In this document: positions 17,159 to 27,300 of the stretch, in pieces
Layout: each line of letters opens with the position of its first letter
How positions within the stretch are numbered: the stretch's first letter is position 1
DNA from: Candidatus Hadarchaeota archaeon
GTDB taxonomy: Archaea > Hadarchaeota > Hadarchaeia > Hadarchaeales > Hadarchaeaceae
DNA: 64,000 nt
NCBI GenBank assembly: GCA_964514965.1
Contig: CAZETV010000001.1
Coordinates: 30,756 to 94,755 of the forward strand
Reading direction: 5' to 3'
Translations under genes and position numbers: made by a program
The notes under the pieces: generated by a model
Told to the model about the DNA's origin: nothing
Seen by the model: the letters and a program-made list of their open reading frames with translations, nothing else
Databases searched by the model: none

Positions 17159-17956
17159 ATGTCACTCGACGAGAAACTTAAGCATCTCAAATCGATTATC
17201 CGAGACTGCAACAGTGCGGTAATCGCTTTTTCGGGTGGGGTCGACTCCTCGCTCGTCTGCGCGGTTGCCCACGAAGTTTTGGGTGAGCGAACCGTCGCGG
17301 TCACGGCCATTTCTCAGACTTACCCGCATGGAGAAGTTGAATGGGCCAAGAAAGCTGCCGAGCATATCGGTATCAGGCATATGACCATCATCACGAACGA
17401 ACTCGAGGACCCACATTTCGCCACAAATCCGCCAGAAAGATGCTACAACTGTAAAAGTGAATTGCTTCGAAAATTGGATTGGGTCCGCAAGGAGATGGGA
17501 TTTGAGAAAATTTTTGATGGAACGAATCTCGACGATTTTTCAGACTACAGGCCGGGTATCCGCGCCCTCCGTGAGTTTGGGGTTCTTAGCCCGCTTGCGG
17601 AAGCTGGTTTGACGAAGGAGGAAGTTCGGGAGCTGGCGGCCGGGTACGGTTTGCCAAATGCGGGTAAACCTGCCAATCCCTGCCTCGCTTCTAGGATTCC
17701 TTTCGGCCAGGAAATAACACCCGAAAAGCTCGAGCGGATAGCGAAAGGAGAGGAGTTCATTCGTTCGTTGGGTTTTTGCGTGGTTAGGGTGAGGGATTAC
17801 GGGGAGCTGGCGAGGGTCGAAGTCGGAAAAGAGGAGTTGCAACGGGTGCTTCAGTTGAGCGGGAAAATTGAATCAGCTTTGAAGAGGCTCGGATATGCCC
17901 AAGTGACGATAGATCCCCGAGGCTACCGTGAAGGCGGGGCAAACCTCACTTTTTAA
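17159..17956 (+). CDS. PP-loop ATP pyrophosphatase, LarE-like (TIGR00268-type) sulfur transferase family
   Basis: SGGVDSS PP-loop near the N-terminus and a conserved CYNCK / NPC Cys region. 265 aa. Confidence 0.7.
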   Translation: MSLDEKLKHLKSIIRDCNSAVIAFSGGVDSSLVCAVAHEVLGERTVAVTAISQTYPHGEVEWAKKAAEHIGIRHMTIITNELEDPHFATNPPERCYNCKSELLRKLDWVRKEMGFEKIFDGTNLDDFSDYRPGIRALREFGVLSPLAEAGLTKEEVRELAAGYGLPNAGKPANPCLASRIPFGQEITPEKLERIAKGEEFIRSLGFCVVRVRDYGELARVEVGKEELQRVLQLSGKIESALKRLGYAQVTIDPRGYREGGANLTF

Positions 17957-17962
17957 GTCAAG

Positions 17963-18778
17963 ATGCGAGGTATTAGAAAGGGTGCGAGATTGAAGCTTGA
18001 GGACACCAAAATAACGGCTGCGATCATAGAGCGATTCATGCGAAATTTAATGGACATAACAGAGCTTGACGTAGCGATAGCTGGAGCTGGGCCATCGGGA
18101 ATAACCGCCGCTCGCTACTTGGCCAAGGCGGGTGCTAAAGCTGCGGTTTTCGAGCGGAACCTTCATGTGGGGGGAGGGATGTGGGGTGGCGGAATTCTTT
18201 TCCCACGCATTGTGATTCAGGAGGAAGCGAAGGGAATTATAGAGGAGGTCGGGGTCAAGCTCGAGGCACATGAGGCTGGCTACTACACCGCTGATTCGGT
18301 GGAAGCCGTGTCTAAATTTACTTCAGCTGCGGTCGATTCTGGAGCGCGCGTAATGGTCGGGTTAACGGTAGAGGATGTGATGATACGAGAGAGAGATCGT
18401 GTGGCTGGCGTCGTGATTAATTGGAAAGCGGTTGAACTGGCAAGCCTGCACGTTGACCCGATTGGAATAAATGCGAAAGTCGTTATCGACGCCACGGGAC
18501 ACGATGCGAAGATAGCCCGCATAATACAACGGAAGGTACCTGGCGCCAAGTTTCCGACGAGTACAGGCGGAGTTATAGGAGAAAAGCCAATGTGGGCAGA
18601 GGCGGGAGAGGCCGAGATCATGCGCAACACACGTGAGGTCTATCCGGGTCTGATTGTGACAGGCATGGCAGCCAACACCGTCTTTGGATCGCCTCGAATG
18701 GGGGCGGTTTTTGGTGGCATGCTGCTCTCAGGCAAAAGGGCTGCGGAGATTGCCCTAGAGTTGCTTCGCAAAAAGTGA
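17963..18778 (+). CDS. thi4: thiazole synthase Thi4 (archaeal, sulfide-dependent type likely)
   Basis: FAD/NAD dinucleotide-binding VAIAGAGPSG, ... VVIDATGHDA ..., approximately 270 aa, as in the archaeal Thi4/ribose-1,5-bisphosphate isomerase family. Confidence 0.85.
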   Translation: MRGIRKGARLKLEDTKITAAIIERFMRNLMDITELDVAIAGAGPSGITAARYLAKAGAKAAVFERNLHVGGGMWGGGILFPRIVIQEEAKGIIEEVGVKLEAHEAGYYTADSVEAVSKFTSAAVDSGARVMVGLTVEDVMIRERDRVAGVVINWKAVELASLHVDPIGINAKVVIDATGHDAKIARIIQRKVPGAKFPTSTGGVIGEKPMWAEAGEAEIMRNTREVYPGLIVTGMAANTVFGSPRMGAVFGGMLLSGKRAAEIALELLRKK

Positions 18779-18835
18779 GCGTAGATTTTAAAAGTGCGAG
18801 CTTTAGTTTTTTTCAAATTTTTCCAGATGAGTTCA

Positions 18836-19012
18836 TTAAGCTTGGGTTGATTGAAGAGTCCATCGGTCTCGCCCGCTGTGGCTTTCATGCGCAGGTGCTT
18901 CGGCAGCGTGCTGCAAACAAATGTATGCTGTGTTTGCCAAGTCTAACTCTCTCGAGATTTTCTCAAATTTAGCCACTTGTTTTTTCAATGCGTTCATAAT
19001 AAGCCCAAACAT
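18836..19012 (-). CDS. small hypothetical protein (58 aa from MFGLIM...)
   Basis: Minus-strand ORF between thi4 and tRNA-Cys. No recognizable family. Start is uncertain. Confidence 0.25.
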   Translation of the reverse strand: MFGLIMNALKKQVAKFEKISRELDLANTAYICLQHAAEAPAHESHSGRDRWTLQSTQA

Positions 19013-19182
19013 CTCCTCGCTCGTGTGTGGGTAAGTGTAGAAATGAATTGGTAAAATGTTTAATTTTTTCGTTGTAAAGGCGCGCGCGGCAGAAGAGTGT
19101 TTTCCAGAAACCAAGCAAACGATTCACTCTTTTATTTAAACCACAGATTTTTTATCAATGTTGCAATAAAAAATAAGAATGT

Positions 19183-19256
19183 GCCGGGGTGGCCCAATCT
19201 GGAAAGGCGGCGGACTGCAGATCCGCTTTTTGCCGGTTCAAATCCGGCCCCCGGCT
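19183..19256 (+). tRNA. tRNA-Cys (anticodon GCA), no intron, U73 discriminator, CCA not encoded
   Basis: Manual fold. Acceptor GCCGGGG/CCCCGGC, anticodon stem GCGGA/TCCGC with loop CTGCAGA, T-arm GCCGG-TTCAAAT-CCGGC, discriminator T. Confidence 0.85.
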
Positions 19257-19357
19257 CTGTTTTTATACTTTTATTTCAAAGCCGACTTAGGCGTGCCAAA
19301 AATTGAATGCGTTCATAAAAAAAAAGGTTTATAAACACTATCTCTAAATCTCTCTTC

Positions 19358-20212
19358 ATGTGCCCGCCTTCGAAACTTTTCGGATTCGCGCTTGCGGCGA
19401 TTTTTGTGGTCGTTGGATTGTCTGGATTAGTGGGTGCAGTTTCCGATCATGGGTGGACTCTCGAAACCGCAGACCAGGCCTTCCAGACTTGGATAATAAC
19501 GGATATAGAAGTAGGGCAGCAGGCAACGCTCACAGTCGATAGTTCCGGAAACTTTACAGGTTTGGGCTGGGTCGGAACCGCCCCAGGTGCTGGCGACTAT
19601 AACATCTATATCACGAATGGTAGGATGTCAGGTACCTCGATGACCTTTCAGGTGAGTGCTTCTTATAGCGGAGGACAAGGGACCATTTCAGGAACAGGTA
19701 CTGGGACACTGAACGCATCATTCCCGAGCGCTACATCAGCATCCGGAACACATTCCGGCACCATATCGGATCCACTTGGCAGTAAGGCTTACAGCTCCTC
19801 GTGGACTGCAACGAAAATTGGGGGAGACGGCGATGGAGGAGGTCTAGTCTTCCCAGACCTCACCGTATTAATCTATCGTGTAGCACCGGGTGTATCCCTT
19901 ATCGTCGCTATAGTTGCAGCTGTTGCAATCGTAGTCGCTATTCTGCCCCTTCCACGTAAGGGGGTTCGACCCACAAGAGGTAAGTTAAAAACCGGTGCGC
20001 CTGCCAGCATGGTTCAGCATCTAGATTCAATACAAAAAATCCCGCCGGGTGCACGGCCTCTGCCTCAACCTAGGTTGCATCCGGGCAAATTTGAGCCAAC
20101 CGATGTCCTTCAAAAAGTCCCCTGTCCATACTGCGGTACTATCCTCATTTCCGCATTTGGAAAATGGTACTGCCCGAATCCAAAGTGCAAATGGAATAAA
20201 GGAGAAGTGTAA
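19358..20212 (+). CDS. bitopic membrane protein: N-terminal signal/anchor, Gly/Ser/Thr-rich extracellular domain, TM helix, cytoplasmic C-terminal zinc ribbon
   Basis: N-terminal hydrophobic segment (LFGFALAAIFVVVGLSGLVGA), a low-complexity GTxxGTGTGT region, a second TM segment (VSLIVAIVAAVAIVVAILPLP), and C-terminal CPYCG ... CPNPKC. TTTATAAA lies about 25 nt upstream, suggesting a leaderless transcript. Confidence 0.55.
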   Translation: MCPPSKLFGFALAAIFVVVGLSGLVGAVSDHGWTLETADQAFQTWIITDIEVGQQATLTVDSSGNFTGLGWVGTAPGAGDYNIYITNGRMSGTSMTFQVSASYSGGQGTISGTGTGTLNASFPSATSASGTHSGTISDPLGSKAYSSSWTATKIGGDGDGGGLVFPDLTVLIYRVAPGVSLIVAIVAAVAIVVAILPLPRKGVRPTRGKLKTGAPASMVQHLDSIQKIPPGARPLPQPRLHPGKFEPTDVLQKVPCPYCGTILISAFGKWYCPNPKCKWNKGEV

Positions 20213-20228
20213 GTCACAGGTGATCCTT

Positions 20229-20555
20229 ATGTCTGCCCAATCGCAGGGTGCGTCATCCTATGAATTCTTGCGTAAACAGGCTGCTGGGTATAGAGTCGGT
20301 CTCTTGATACTCGCCATAGCAGCGATGTTTTTAGCTGCTGTGAACTATCAAATGCTAGATGAGAGCTTTGTCCGTACGAATTTCCAGATGGCTATTATCA
20401 TTTTAGCTTTGACAGCAGCATTTGGATTCATCTGCTTAGGGGCGATGAAAGGATATCTTAAGGTTCGTCGTTCTGCCAGCAACGCCCTGAGGGCTGGAAC
20501 GGTTACAGAGATGTCGGATGTTCCAGTAAGAGCATCCAAGAAAAAAGGGAAATAG
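20229..20555 (+). CDS. small membrane protein (2 TM), hypothetical
   Basis: Start taken at ATG 20229, which avoids overlapping the upstream gene. Two hydrophobic helices and a basic C-terminus. Confidence 0.4.
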   Translation: MSAQSQGASSYEFLRKQAAGYRVGLLILAIAAMFLAAVNYQMLDESFVRTNFQMAIIILALTAAFGFICLGAMKGYLKVRRSASNALRAGTVTEMSDVPVRASKKKGK

Positions 20556-20646
20556 TCTATGGCCCACTAGTTATTCTCCACCCAACTGGATAGATTTATC
20601 ACGGAATTTTTAAACTTCCAGAGAATACAATCTGCAGGGTTGTATA

Positions 20647-21069
20647 ATGCCCGATGTTGGCATCCATCAAAAGGGCGAGGTTGATTTGCCGAGACTTCTT
20701 GAAAAATTGCAAAGTGAACTCGAGGGGAAGGCGGGTGCGGTAGGGTGCTTCGTGGGTGTCGTCCGTGAAACTTCGAAGGATGGAAAGAAAGTAAAGTATC
20801 TTCACTATGAGTGTGCGGAAGAATCGATTAAAGGACTTGAGCGAATAGCAGCTGACATCGAGAGGCTACCCGGCATCCTGAAAGTGATGATTCACCATGT
20901 AATTGACGATCTTACACCGGGTGAAGATGTCATCTATATATTAGTGGCCGGAAAGCATCGAGCAGAGGTCTTTTCGGCGCTACCCAAAATCATGGACAGG
21001 GTAAAGACGGAAGTACTAATCTGGAAGAAAGAGTTCACTGAAACCGGAGAGCAATGGATTCATGAGTAG
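20647..21069 (+). CDS. moaE: molybdopterin synthase catalytic subunit MoaE
   Basis: 140 aa with a GAVGCFVGVVR ... HR ... IWKKE pattern typical of MoaE. Confidence 0.8.
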   Translation: MPDVGIHQKGEVDLPRLLEKLQSELEGKAGAVGCFVGVVRETSKDGKKVKYLHYECAEESIKGLERIAADIERLPGILKVMIHHVIDDLTPGEDVIYILVAGKHRAEVFSALPKIMDRVKTEVLIWKKEFTETGEQWIHE

Positions 21070-21147
21070 CAAGCTCAATTTATATAGAATACTCTCTTCT
21101 GGTTTGGTTATCATTTTTAATTTTTTGGCCTCGCACGTTTCAACGCT

Positions 21148-21963
21148 TTAATATTCTGATGGGAGTTGTTTTAGTTTTTCATACGAAAAGACAGGTCCAT
21201 CTCGGCATACATAAACACTGCCTAAATTGCACCTTCCGCATTTGCCCAATCCGCACTTCATTTTCATCTCAAGCGTCATAAAAATTTGATCGGGTTTGAA
21301 TCCTAACTCCAAGAGGTTTTTCATGACAAAGTTTATCATGATTGGGGGACCGCAAGTCACGGCTATCGAATTTCCGGATGGAGGAGAAATTTTCAGCAAG
21401 TTGGCGGGTACGAAGCCTACAAATTCACCCCACCCATCCTCGGCCTTGTCGATTGATAAATGCACCTTTACTCCGTTATCCCTTAAGCCAAGGAGTTCTT
21501 TTTCTCGAATCAAATCTTTCCTACTCCTTGCTCCGTAAATTAACATCAATTCTCTGTACTTTCCTTTATTCATTGTATAGTAAAGCAGAGGTCTCAGTGG
21601 GGGTAAACCTATGCCGCCGCCGATTAGTATTAATTTTTTTCCTTCCCACTCTTTAACTGGAAAACCGTTCCCATACGGTCCTCTTACCCAAACGGTTTCT
21701 CCCACCTCGAGTCTGTGCAGCGCCGTTGTAACTTTGCCCATCTTTTTCACGCAGATTTCTATTTTACCTTCAGCTGGTGGCGAAAAAAGAGAGACCGGAA
21801 ACTCACCTTCCCCTAGCACTGATATTTCGAAGTACTGTCCCGGAACAAAATTTAGCTTCTCTTCTCTGTCTTTTAGCTCCAGCTCAAAGCTCTTTATGTC
21901 TGGCGTTTCTTGCCTGATTTGCTTGATTACTGCGGGTTTTGGAGAGTAAATATATTCAGTCAA
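21148..21963 (-). CDS. NAD(P)H-binding FAD/[2Fe-2S] oxidoreductase subunit (sulfhydrogenase gamma HydG/AsrB/PyrK/FlxA-like)
   Basis: FNR-like FAD and NAD(P) domains (RPYS-type region, GGGIGLPPLRPL) and a C-terminal Cys cluster CGLGKCGRCNLGSVYVC. The proposed start is a TTG that overlaps the upstream stop (TTGA), with GGTGGGG 5 nt upstream. The track ATG start at 22014 would overlap the upstream gene by 55 bp. Confidence 0.75.
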   Translation of the reverse strand: MTEYIYSPKPAVIKQIRQETPDIKSFELELKDREEKLNFVPGQYFEISVLGEGEFPVSLFSPPAEGKIEICVKKMGKVTTALHRLEVGETVWVRGPYGNGFPVKEWEGKKLILIGGGIGLPPLRPLLYYTMNKGKYRELMLIYGARSRKDLIREKELLGLRDNGVKVHLSIDKAEDGWGEFVGFVPANLLKISPPSGNSIAVTCGPPIMINFVMKNLLELGFKPDQIFMTLEMKMKCGLGKCGRCNLGSVYVCRDGPVFSYEKLKQLPSEY

Positions 21964-22961
21964 GATTTCCCCACCTTCGATAATATCTCGATTAAATTTA
22001 TCCCTGATGGACAATTATCTAAGCATCTCCCGCAGCCGACGCAGCCGATTTCATCGATGTTTTCCAACAGGTATTGGAACTTGTGGTAGACTCTGTTTCG
22101 AATCCTCTCTCGTCGGGTTGGTCTTGGGTTATGGCCGGAGGATTGCAAGGTGAAATAAGGGAACGTGCAAGAATCCCAAGTTCTCACCCTGAAGGTTTTG
22201 CCGTCCAAGAATTCGTCAGTCAAATCAAAGCAATGACAGGTGGGGCAAAAGTAAGCGCATACCCCACAGCCAATACATATTTTGGATACTTCGTCCCAGA
22301 TTTCGCTTTCGAAAGTGTGTTTTAATTTTGCGGTTACCTGCTTCACATCTAATTCTCGTGCAATCTTTTTTTCCGCGTTCTGCTGGGTGTTTTTCCTTAA
22401 CTCTATATCAGCTTTGGTTGGTTCTGAGAACAATTCTTTGCTACTCTCAACCAATTTTTCCCCGACCTTGCTCAACACTTCCACATAGTATTTCTCACCC
22501 ATATCTGTGAGCAGCATATCGAGCCCATCTGTAGAAAACGGACCCAAGCCGAGAGAGCTGCAAAAACAATTTTCCCCTGGGGATGTACAGGCCAGCCCGA
22601 TCATGGGGAGATTATTTTTCCTCTGTAAAAAGTAAGGGTCTTCACGATCTTTTTCGAAAACCTTGGTCAACACCTGTATGCTTTTCGCATCGCAGGGTCT
22701 AACTCCAAATATTACTCCCAAGTTCGAAACTTTTGGTGTATAGATCTCCTTTTTGCCCGCCATGAAAATCGTTTCCGTTTGAGGCATGAATAAAGACTTG
22801 ATTGGTTTCAGGGTGTTCGTGAACTCAAAAGTTATTTCTTTCGGATCATTTACAAGCTTAAACTCGATTTTGCCTTCCTCATCTTTAACAGGTGCATATA
22901 ACTTTTCAGTGCGCAGATTTCGCAGAAACTTTTGCAAATCTCTCTTCTTGATGACTTTCAT
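21960..22961 (-). CDS. 4Fe-4S subunit, sulfhydrogenase beta/AsrA/FlxB-like
   Basis: GVRPCDAKS N-domain motif plus two ferredoxin-type motifs (CIGCGVCAYFCPTCHC and CVGCGRCLDNCP). Start overlaps the upstream gene with ATGA. Confidence 0.75.
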   Translation of the reverse strand: MKVIKKRDLQKFLRNLRTEKLYAPVKDEEGKIEFKLVNDPKEITFEFTNTLKPIKSLFMPQTETIFMAGKKEIYTPKVSNLGVIFGVRPCDAKSIQVLTKVFEKDREDPYFLQRKNNLPMIGLACTSPGENCFCSSLGLGPFSTDGLDMLLTDMGEKYYVEVLSKVGEKLVESSKELFSEPTKADIELRKNTQQNAEKKIARELDVKQVTAKLKHTFESEIWDEVSKICIGCGVCAYFCPTCHCFDLTDEFLDGKTFRVRTWDSCTFPYFTLQSSGHNPRPTRRERIRNRVYHKFQYLLENIDEIGCVGCGRCLDNCPSGINLIEILSKVGKS

Positions 22962-23929
22962 CTTATGAACTCCTCAGGATCCTCTAGTTTAAAACTCGCG
23001 AGAAGAGGTTTCTGTTCTATATTTATGCCCGCCCTGTAGTCAAAAAGATTCTTCATGTCTTTTTCCATTTTTCTAAACAGCTTTGAGAGTGGTATCCCCT
23101 CCGGGCAGCTATGTTCGCACGCAACGCAGCCAACGCACCTCCCGGCCAAGTGGAATACTCTCATCAAATGGAAAAAGGCATTTTCGGACTCAACTACTGA
23201 TTTTTTAACCCATGTTGGCATCGTCTTGTCCGCGAGACATTCTTTGCAATAGCAGAGCGGACACACTTCCCTGCAGGCATAGCACCTAACACATTTACTT
23301 AGCTTTTCCTTCCAGTAATCCCATCTCTCCTCTAACTCCATTCTCTCTATCTCCTTCACGTCGTCGTAGTTCTCTTTGCCCCAGGGTTTCACTTCCTCGC
23401 CGAGCAGGATATCATAAATTACAGGGGTGGGATTTTGGCAGTGATTGCAACTGTCGAACACGAATTCTCTTCGATCGAGTTTGATGACTCCATTTTTTGT
23501 TTCGACTTTCACTGTTCCGTTTTCGATTAGAATTCCCGTGACTGAAGAGGACTGTACATTTCTTTTACCGAGCTCTTCACGCAGTTTTTCAAGGTCTACT
23601 ATACCCTGGCAAGGAATTCCTATCAGCACCACTTTCTCTCTGTCAACAATCCCTTCCTGTATCAACTTTGTCACTGCACGGCTATCGCAACCTTTGACCA
23701 CCAAGCCGATTTTTTCGCCTGCTTTGATTTCTTCTAAAGTTAAATAGACGGCCAAATTGTGAGCACATAGAGAGGAATAGTGTAGTTTGTTAACATCATC
23801 GGTCGATTTAGCAAAGAAGGGCCTCGCGTTCAAGGGTTCGACCATTTCGTATCCGATGATATATTTCACTTTTCCTTCGGTCAGTAGCCTGTTTGCCTCT
23901 TTTCGGAGATTTTCTACTAAGCTTACCAT
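22958..23929 (-). CDS. second HydB/AsrA-like 4Fe-4S subunit (FlxC-like paralog of 21960..22961)
   Basis: KGCDSRAV N-domain motif plus CVRCYACREVCPLCYC and CVGCVACEHSCP. It is paralogous to the adjacent gene and translationally coupled on both sides. Confidence 0.65.
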   Translation of the reverse strand: MVSLVENLRKEANRLLTEGKVKYIIGYEMVEPLNARPFFAKSTDDVNKLHYSSLCAHNLAVYLTLEEIKAGEKIGLVVKGCDSRAVTKLIQEGIVDREKVVLIGIPCQGIVDLEKLREELGKRNVQSSSVTGILIENGTVKVETKNGVIKLDRREFVFDSCNHCQNPTPVIYDILLGEEVKPWGKENYDDVKEIERMELEERWDYWKEKLSKCVRCYACREVCPLCYCKECLADKTMPTWVKKSVVESENAFFHLMRVFHLAGRCVGCVACEHSCPEGIPLSKLFRKMEKDMKNLFDYRAGINIEQKPLLASFKLEDPEEFIR

Positions 23930-24345
23930 TCTATCTTCCTCTTGATTTTTTTCATTGGGCCAAGCACTCGGATTTCTTCCACCATGTCTTCCACGATTTT
24001 AGCAAACTTCTGTCCTTCCGATGCAGAAACCCACGCGGCTTGGAGCCTTTTTGGATTTATCCCAATGTATTCCAAAAGATTTCTTAGGAGCTTCAGTCTT
24101 CTTCTATTGTAATAGTTTCCTTCCCGATAATGGCATTCCCCTGGGTGACAACCACCTATGAACACGCCGTCAGCTCCTTGCTGGAAACACCTCAACACCC
24201 ACAATGGATTCACCCTGCCCGAGCACATCACCCTGATGGTTCTCAAGTTAGGCGGGTAGGTCAATCTGCTAGTACCTGCCAAATCGGCTCCCGCATAAGC
24301 ACACCAATTGCATAAGAAGCCTACTATACGCGGTTCCCAACTCAA
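23923..24345 (-). CDS. mvhD: MvhD-type [2Fe-2S] electron-transfer subunit (FlxD/MvhD)
   Basis: 140 aa with the FLCNWCAYAGAD ... CSGRV ... GADGV(F/L)IGGCHPGECHY pattern typical of methyl-viologen-reducing hydrogenase delta subunit. Confidence 0.85.
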   Translation of the reverse strand: MSWEPRIVGFLCNWCAYAGADLAGTSRLTYPPNLRTIRVMCSGRVNPLWVLRCFQQGADGVFIGGCHPGECHYREGNYYNRRRLKLLRNLLEYIGINPKRLQAAWVSASEGQKFAKIVEDMVEEIRVLGPMKKIKRKIEW

Positions 24346-27300
24346 CTTTGCTCACCCAGTACATCGATTAAGGGCAATACTTGTTTGTCTTCAAAGTGTC
24401 GCTGTTGAATGGCTCCTGAAGGACAGGCTGCAGAGCATATGCCGCAACCTTTACATAACGCTTCATTTACCTTGGCTAATTTTGATATTGCCCCTTTCTT
24501 CTCCACCGTCTTGAGTTCTATTACATTTGTTGGACAAACCTCAGCACAGAAACCACAACCAGTGCACAAATTCTCATCGACCGAGGCCACAATTCCTTCG
24601 GCCATCACCTTACCTTTTGTTAACAAAGAGCAAACTTCAGCTGCGCTCGCTGATGCTTGTGATACTGTGTCGGGGATGTCTTTGGGCGATTGGGCGCATC
24701 CAGCAAGGAAGATCCCGTCGCTAAAGGTATCGACAGGTCTAAGCTTTGGATGGGCCTCGAGGAAGAAGCCATCCGAGCCTTGGTTAATGTTTAGGATTTT
24801 GGCTAGCTCGGAGGCACCATGGCTAGGAACAATCGCGCTAGCTAACACCACGAGGTCTACTTCTTCGGGCTCGTGAGGCTTTGCTTCCACAACGAGTTTG
24901 TCATTTTTTTTGCTGACCCTTATCTCGTCGTCCAGCTCCCTGCGCTTGTACTTCACTCCTTCGTCCTTGACCCGGTCGTAGAACTCCTCGTACCCTTTAC
25001 CAAAAGCCCTGACATCTGTGTAGTATACAGTCACTTCAGCATCCGGAATTTTTTCCTTAATGAGGTGAGCATGCTTGGCCGTGTACATGCAGCATACGCG
25101 CGAGCAATATGAGTTCGTCTCTTTTTTCCTGCTTCCAACACAGGAGATGAATGCTACTCGCTTCGGCTCCTTACCGTTTATTTCAATTTTTCCGTTGGTC
25201 GGGCCGGAAGCCGAACTAAGCCTCTCGAACTCAAGCCCAGTTATCACCTCTGGATATTTCCCGTAACCATACTCGGGGAGCTTGGAAGGATCGAATTGAT
25301 CGAAGCCCGTGGTTACGACTATAGCGCCAACATCGAGTTCGATTGATTCCTCTTTTTGATTATGAACAATGGCTTTGGCCTCGCATGCTTTTTCACATTC
25401 AAGACACTCAGAACACCCGCCGCACTGCAAACATCGTTTTGCTTCTTTTATCGCTTCTTCTTCGGTATAACCTAACTCGACTTCTCGAAAGTTGTTTTTC
25501 CTCTCTTCGATCGGCAGGTATCTCATCGGCACTTTTCGTTCATTTTTAACATCTTCTACTGATACCTCAGCGATTTTTGGTTTTATCCCGCGACCGTCTT
25601 TCAGGTCTTTCTCGTTGATGTATCTGTCAATGGAAATTGCAGCTTCTTTTCCGGCAGCAATTGCTTCTATAACAGTCCCAGCACCTAACACGGCATCGCC
25701 GCCGCAAAAAACGGCTTCTATATTGGTTGCTAACGATATAGGGTCAATTTTGACAGTTCCCCAAGGGGTACATTCTAAATTAATATCCTTGGTTAAGAAG
25801 CTCAAATCCACTTCCTGTCCGATAGCTAATATCAGGCTATCCGCTTCCATCATAAACTCAGAGCCAGGGATGGGTCTAACTTTTCTTCTACCAGTTTCAT
25901 CAGGCTCTGTCAATTCCATCTTGATGCATTCAATTGCTTTGATATGCTCGTTTTCACCTATAATTTTTGTTGGTGTGGTAAGATAGACTAGTTTCACGCC
26001 TTCATGCTCTGTTTCGTCAATTTCCCATTCTGGTTCTGCAGGCATTTCTACACGAGACCTGCGATACATTATGATAACTTCCTTAGCACCTAATCTCAAA
26101 GCAGAACGTGCTGTGTCTAATGCTGCATTGCCTCCACCAACGACAATTATCTTATCGCCTAGTTTAGGAGTCTTACCTAAATTCAGCTCTTTCAAGAATT
26201 CGGTAGCTTGGAATACACCTCCAAGTTTTTCGCCAAGTATATCCATTTTTCTACCTTTCTGAGCCCCCACAGCTAAAAAAATCGCTTTATAACCACTGTC
26301 GAATAGGTTCTTTATAGTCAAATTTTTGCCTATCGCCGAGTTCAGATGCACTTTAACTCCTAGCGCGAGAATGTCAGATATCTCTCTTTCAAGAATTTCT
26401 CTCGGCAGTCGAAAAGTAGGAACACCAAATCGCATCATGCCGCCAAGCACGGGCGCACTTTCATATATTGTTACAGGGTATCCTTTCATAGCAAGGTCAT
26501 GAGCAGCAGTTAAGCCAGCAGGCCCTCCTCCGACTATAGCCACAGTTTCTGTTCTCTTTTTTATAGGGGAGGATTCTGTAGTAGGGCTCTTGAGCTCTAA
26601 ATCTCCGACAAAACGTTTAATATGTGCTATGCTTACTGGCTCATCTATATCTTTTCTTGTGCATGCTTTTTCGCAAGGCCTGTGACAGACCCTGCCGCAT
26701 ATAGATGGAAACGGAAGTTTCTCTTTTATAACTTGGAGTGCCTCGTAGAATTTACCGCGACTGGTGAGCATTACGTAACCAGGTGCGCCAACACCTGCAG
26801 GGCACGCGTCTTTGCATGGTTGTAATCCCCGTTTATCGATAGTATATTTGGGCGGAACCGCTTGTGGGAATGGAATGTAAATTGATTTTCTGCTGCTGAG
26901 CCCAAAGTCAAACTCGTTTGGCAGTTTCACAGAGCATACTTCGGTGCATTCTCCACATCCAGTACACTTTTCCGGGTCCACGTATCTAGGCTTTTTCCTT
27001 ACTTTTAACTTAAAGTTACCTACATAACCCTCGATGTTTTCAATTTCTGAATAAGTCAGGAGTTCTATATTTGGATGCCATTTTACGTCTACCATCTTGG
27101 GGGTGAGAATGCACGCAGAGCAATCCAGAGTTGGGAAAGTCTTGTCGAGTTGGGCCATCCTCCCTCCGATGGATGGTGAGCGCTCCACGAGGTATACTTT
27201 GAAACCCCTGTCCGCGATGTCGAGGGCAGCTTGCATCCCGGCTATGCCCCCGCCTATTACGGCGGCCTGAGGTATGACGGAAATTTCGTTTCTTTCCAAG

